This document shows positions 27,859 through 31,926 of a DNA stretch of 31,926 bases, one piece after another (positions within the stretch are counted from its first letter, which is position 1; each line of letters begins with the position of its first letter). The notes beneath the pieces are model-generated. The model made no database searches and was not told where the DNA came from. It was given only the letters and a program-made list of their open reading frames with translations. Source of the stretch: a virus (taxonomy: Duplodnaviria > Caudoviricetes); IMG/VR virus record IMGVR_UViG_3300037461_001570, positions 1-31,926 of that record, one strand, 5' to 3'. The position numbers were made by a program, and so were the translations under genes.

Positions 27859-29472
27859 GTGGCGACCACAGAAGAAGAACAATATAAACGCTTAAGAGCA
27901 TATCTTAATCCATACCTTAAAGGACCGAACTGTGAGGCTATTCTAAGAGCCCTGGCTAAAGGTAGCGCATCTTATTTGATCGATAATGTTAGAGCCGTAA
28001 ACGATCAACTATATGTGACAACGGCCCAAGGTCGATATTTAGATGAAAGATTGTCTGAAGCCGGTATTACTAGACCGCCACAATTAGGTTTATCCGATGA
28101 AACCTTTAGGCAAATTGGAATTGAGATAAAAAACCGCAAACAAGTTAGAGATCTTATTAATAATTTGTTAAATGCGGTATTTGGCGATGAATTCGTTCGA
28201 GCAATCAATCCAGCTAGATTAACTGAACCATACAATTTAGTCGATGGAGACACACTAACAATTAACTTTGATGATCACCACACAGTAACAGTACAATTTA
28301 AAGCCGCTGATTTTCAAAATATAGCCGCAGCAAAAGCACAAGAAATAGCTGATATTATTACTAAAGAATTGCGAAACCTAGGATTTACAGGTACAGCCAT
28401 CGCCAAAGACGATGGTATGGGCCCATATGTAGCTATACTAAGCGATACAGTAGGGCCGGCATCTTCTGTAACAGTATTAGGCGGTAGAGCCCAGAATGAA
28501 TTAAAATTTGACTCACCAATATCTGCCGGCGGCAATATGTCTACGCAATGGACACTATCGCTAGAATCCGGAGGTAATGTTAGGTTTACCTGGAGCGGTG
28601 GCGCTAATCCACAATTAGGAAAAGTTAAAGCTGGTAATTACGTTAATATTTATGGCGGAGGATTTTCATCTTCAGATAATGAAGGTAGCTATACCATAAC
28701 AAGCGTGCAGAGTGGACAGGTAAATATAGCTTATTTTGAAGTTTACAATCCACTTGGAACCTCTGGAATCGTCGTGCAGGGAGCAGATGATGCCATTGTA
28801 TTTTATAATCCAGAGCGAAAAGTGTTAGCAAGCAGATTGTCTTATGCAGCAGCATACCAACCTGAGGCTAGACTGTTACAAATATTTTTACCGGCATCTA
28901 CAAAGGTTATTAGGCGAGATAGGATAGGGTCTGCCCATTTTCACGATCCGTCAGATCCCCAATCTTTACTCCCCGAACAAGAAGGGCCGTACATATATGA
29001 CCTTTCCCAACCCTTTGTCGTTGGGAGCGTGGGCACTACTTTAGATCAAAATTTAGACGGAACAATGCCAAAAATTATCACAGTAAATGATGCAACACAG
29101 TTTCCTGATCGACAGGGGTATTTGGTTTTAGACTATGGTACAGATAGACAAGAAGGCCCGATACCGTATATAGCTAGACCTTCAAATAACACACTATTGA
29201 TAAGCCCAGCGTATAAAATTCAGAAATCGCATCCAATCGGAGCAGACGTTGCATTGATTGCACAAAGGGCTCCAGTTTCTGTCAGCAGAGATGGCCTTGA
29301 CTATCCTATTTATTTGACAGACGTTGTAAGTGGACGTGTTTATGCAGAAGATTTAATAAATAGCGTTGCTGCTACTGGTATTAATGTTGTAGTAACTATT
29401 TTGTATCCATCTGACATAGGGCTAGGCAAGTTTGATACCGAATATTCCGAAAATCCATTTGTTTGGGGTTAA
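27859..29472 (+). CDS. Baseplate wedge partner subunit (gpI/gp48-like)
   Basis: TAQGRYLD...GITRP..LSDETFR motif; follows the J-like gene; GGAG SD with GTG start. Confidence 0.75.
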   Translation: MATTEEEQYKRLRAYLNPYLKGPNCEAILRALAKGSASYLIDNVRAVNDQLYVTTAQGRYLDERLSEAGITRPPQLGLSDETFRQIGIEIKNRKQVRDLINNLLNAVFGDEFVRAINPARLTEPYNLVDGDTLTINFDDHHTVTVQFKAADFQNIAAAKAQEIADIITKELRNLGFTGTAIAKDDGMGPYVAILSDTVGPASSVTVLGGRAQNELKFDSPISAGGNMSTQWTLSLESGGNVRFTWSGGANPQLGKVKAGNYVNIYGGGFSSSDNEGSYTITSVQSGQVNIAYFEVYNPLGTSGIVVQGADDAIVFYNPERKVLASRLSYAAAYQPEARLLQIFLPASTKVIRRDRIGSAHFHDPSDPQSLLPEQEGPYIYDLSQPFVVGSVGTTLDQNLDGTMPKIITVNDATQFPDRQGYLVLDYGTDRQEGPIPYIARPSNNTLLISPAYKIQKSHPIGADVALIAQRAPVSVSRDGLDYPIYLTDVVSGRVYAEDLINSVAATGINVVVTILYPSDIGLGKFDTEYSENPFVWG

Positions 29473-29474
29473 CC

Positions 29475-29912
29475 ATGGCACAACCGATCGTACTAACAGG
29501 GTCAAATATAAAATTGTATATAAATAATCAAGTATATACATCTGTTCAGTCTATATCTTTTAGTATTGATTATGGCGAATCTGAAATTTATGGAATAGAT
29601 AGTGTTTATCCTCAAGAAATTGCGGTCACCAAATGTGCAGTAAGAGGGTCGGTTAATGGGCTTAGAATAAAATTAAGCGGAGGCATTCAGTCTGCAAACC
29701 TCAGACCTTTATATAGCGACATTGCCGCATCTCCATATATATCTATACGAATTCAGGATAGAAATACAAAAGAAGACATACTATATATTCCAAATGCAAA
29801 AGTTACCAGAGAAAGCCATTCGGTCGCCATTAGAAGTACCTATAAACTTAATTTCGATTTTGTTGGGATGGTACCATTTAGCCCGCTAGACCGAGTAAAC
29901 AATAAATCCTAG
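29475..29912 (+). CDS. Tail-tube-like protein
   Basis: 145-aa beta-rich protein with LTGSNIKLYIN...QSISFSIDY...IYGIDS..PQEI pattern like myophage tube proteins; ATG 29475 preferred. Confidence 0.6.
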   Translation: MAQPIVLTGSNIKLYINNQVYTSVQSISFSIDYGESEIYGIDSVYPQEIAVTKCAVRGSVNGLRIKLSGGIQSANLRPLYSDIAASPYISIRIQDRNTKEDILYIPNAKVTRESHSVAIRSTYKLNFDFVGMVPFSPLDRVNNKS

Positions 29913-30279
29913 AAAACGCTGTGCTGATGACCGGTGCAATAGAGCGGCTTAGTTTTATCCCCACAGACCAGGCGGTTATGGAGAAGGTGATGGGTCTATT
30001 TGGGTACAAAAAGCTGTAGCATGCGGTCTTTGACGTGATACAAAAATGGAAACATGCCGTAACCATATAAAATTACAGATAATTTAATGTAGAATTTTGT
30101 GTTATATCTTGTATTATATGATATTTATTTGTGTTATATTGGTTAGCAAGGATAAACATGAAACAAGAAGAGTAAGGGACTTAAAAGGCTAGGTATCTTA
30201 ACAATTTGACTCTATTAATAGAACTATTTTTGTTTTATATATAGATTAAAACATGACTGAGTAGGGTAATAAATAATTA

Positions 30280-30819
30280 TTATTTTCTAATTAATTTTAA
30301 TAATTCAATAAAAGTTCTAAAAGTATTGACGGCATCGTCCATTCCATCGTGCTTGGTCCCAACAAAATTTAAACCTATTTTAGTCATAGCCTTGGCCAGT
30401 CCAGCCTGAAGCTTCATTTGATTAGCCATACAATATGCTTGATATACTGTTTTTACGTCGAATACTCTCCACCCAAAGATCCAGTCTGATGGATTCATTC
30501 CTTCTTTTATTAAATCTTCTTTTAATTTTCTAGAATCTCCCTCTCCCCATTGGATAGGGCTTTTATGACAGCTATGCTTAGTATATAGATTTTTTAGTAA
30601 TCCATACGCTTCTAATAGACTAACACCTAAAGTTTGAATTTGATGATCGCTTATATTAGTTAAAGTATTAATAAATGGGTCTATAGGTTCGTCAATTTTT
30701 ATATAGCATCTCAATGTTTCTAATATTTCTCCGGTTTCCAGACATCCAACGCATGCACCTAGCATGATTATCTTATTAGAAGGCTTATTCATTTCTAGAT
30801 CAAGCGATATAAAATTCAT
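30280..30819 (-). CDS. DEDDh 3'-5' exonuclease (DnaQ-like)
   Basis: ExoI LDLE, ExoII WGEGD, ExoIII HDGMDDA. Confidence 0.9.
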   Translation of the reverse strand: MNFISLDLEMNKPSNKIIMLGACVGCLETGEILETLRCYIKIDEPIDPFINTLTNISDHQIQTLGVSLLEAYGLLKNLYTKHSCHKSPIQWGEGDSRKLKEDLIKEGMNPSDWIFGWRVFDVKTVYQAYCMANQMKLQAGLAKAMTKIGLNFVGTKHDGMDDAVNTFRTFIELLKLIRK

Positions 30820-30831
30820 ATATTACTAAGA

Positions 30832-30951
30832 TTATCCTTCCTCAAACAAATACCTAAGCCCTGGTTTAACATAACGTAAAGCCCGGCCATCCTGCTTTAC
30901 CGCTGCTAAGCAAAGTAGACCTTTCAATGACAATTTAACATGTATCTCCAT
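30832..30951 (-). CDS. Micro-ORF or remnant carrying one DUF4116-like repeat (31-39 aa; not in the ORF track)
   Basis: (MEIHVKLS)LKGLLCLAAVKQDGRALRYVKPGLRYLFEEG* aligns without gaps to the last repeat and tail of 3832-4569; possible starts ATG 30951 or TTG 30927. Confidence 0.6.
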   Translation of the reverse strand: MEIHVKLSLKGLLCLAAVKQDGRALRYVKPGLRYLFEEG

Positions 30952-31340
30952 TTATTTGGAAATCGTAATTTTACCTTTTCTACATATATATGATTAGCCG
31001 GTTTTCTAGGATATTTTGAACTTTGAATAAATTTGCCGGCATTGTACGCGGCAACGCTTTTGCACCAATCATTATTATACCGACTTAGTTGGTATTTTAG
31101 GTACTTAGCAGCAATTTTTGCATTTATTTCCGGCACCATTAAATCACTAATATGGCCGCGATGACCCATCATGTCTGCAGTTGACTTTTTGACTTGGCAA
31201 ATTCCATAGCTTGGAGATCCGCCATCGTGAGGAACAATTGTATTTTGCAAATGACTTTCATGAGAACAAATTGCCAATAATAGAGCACTAGGTACTCCAA
31301 CTATATTGGCAGCTTGTAGTATCAATGCGGTATATAGCAT
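30924..31340 (-). CDS. Lytic transglycosylase, SLT domain
   Basis: AICSHES (catalytic Glu), YGICQV, AAYNAG motifs; GGAGG SD supports a start at 31340 rather than 31484. Confidence 0.9.
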   Translation of the reverse strand: MLYTALILQAANIVGVPSALLLAICSHESHLQNTIVPHDGGSPSYGICQVKKSTADMMGHRGHISDLMVPEINAKIAAKYLKYQLSRYNNDWCKSVAAYNAGKFIQSSKYPRKPANHIYVEKVKLRFPNKWRYMLNCH

Positions 31341-31426
31341 CATACCTCCATTTTTTAATGTTATCGGATTAAATCTAAAAAGTAAAGCATTTTTTGCCAA
31401 TACAATCTTAAATAAAGAGGTACTAT

Positions 31427-31926
31427 ATGCCAAGATATCCATTAGAACCAATAAATACCACGCAGTTACCAGAATGCCAACCATACACCGATAAGTATGG
31501 AATGATGCAGGACAATCCAGAGGGCAACAGCACCGGCAATGGAAACCTGTTTACAGCCCATTTGGTATTTGCTTTATTTACATTAGGAATAATTAGCGAA
31601 CAAGAGCGGGCAAGGCTGTATCAGGTATTTAAAAACAACTTTAGAGAGCCGGGGCTACTATTGAGAGCACCCGGATATTATTTTTACCAGGCTCATGACG
31701 ATATAATCGGCCTAGTAAGCGCAGAATCATTCCTATCTCCCCAAAATAGGCAATTAACAAATCAAATCTACGAGTACGGGCGAGACACGTATTGCGATGG
31801 AGTTGACCAAAAAGAATCTGACCCTCCTAAAATTTTGCTTAATAAACGAGCATATACGATTTTGTCATTTTTGTTCGGTAAAATACGCTGGGTATGGAAT
31901 ACCGAGTGTCCCAAAAAGTTTCACGT
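31427..31926 (+). CDS. Hypothetical protein, truncated by the window end (not in the ORF track)
   Basis: AGAGG SD, ATG 31427, open for 166 codons to the edge (MPRYPLEPINTTQLPECQPYTDKYGMMQDNPEGNSTGNGNLFTAH...). Confidence 0.75.
   Translation, partial: MPRYPLEPINTTQLPECQPYTDKYGMMQDNPEGNSTGNGNLFTAHLVFALFTLGIISEQERARLYQVFKNNFREPGLLLRAPGYYFYQAHDDIIGLVSAESFLSPQNRQLTNQIYEYGRDTYCDGVDQKESDPPKILLNKRAYTILSFLFGKIRWVWNTECPKKFH

Noticed and set aside
1158-28855. Numerous minus-strand ORF-track entries nested inside long plus-strand genes (for example 24789-25541, 22917-23312, 4579-4959)
   Set aside because: Antisense shadows of real coding sequence with no motifs or start signals; 17504-18037 is the one credible exception.
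10477-29912. Chromosomal eCIS, tailocin or T6SS locus
   Set aside because: Flanked by phage-type ligase, DenV-like, nucleotidase, exonuclease and many short hypotheticals, with no housekeeping genes or T6SS membrane complex.
31341-31494. N-terminal hydrophobic extension of the SLT ORF (start 31484) and plus-strand ORF 31306-31494
   Set aside because: GGAGG SD supports the start near 31340; the extension overlaps the divergent gene starting at 31427.
1-31926. Alternative genetic code (stop-codon reassignment)
   Set aside because: Long genes are intact in the standard code, and TAA, TAG and TGA all occur as stops at plausible gene ends.

Overview
This 31.9 kb AT-rich window reads as part of a large contractile-tailed (myovirus-like) dsDNA phage genome in the standard genetic code. 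From left to right: (i) a ~1 kb non-coding, repeat-rich region (14-bp tandem array, 22-bp direct repeat, 20-bp-period palindromic boxes); (ii) a solo TnpB with a rearranged RuvC-II site and a recognisable omegaRNA/right-end structure, with no tnpA in the window; (iii) an early/accessory block driven by sigma70-like, often apparently leaderless promoters (ATP-dependent DNA ligase, 22-aa DUF4116-like repeat protein, DenV-like pyrimidine-dimer glycosylase, an unannotated 43-aa lipoprotein, HAD nucleotidase, many hypotheticals); (iv) a tail/baseplate module (tape-measure-like, hub, spike, wedge proteins, a 2351-aa Baseplate-J-like protein, tube-like protein) interrupted by a CPBP intramembrane protease cassette and an antisense HExxH lipoprotein; (v) a minus-strand block with an SLT transglycosylase, a single-repeat micro-paralogue of the DUF4116-like gene and a DEDDh exonuclease; (vi) a truncated ORF at the right edge. 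No head, terminase or sheath genes, tRNAs or true CRISPR array were recognised. All family calls come from motif recognition by eye, not database searches.
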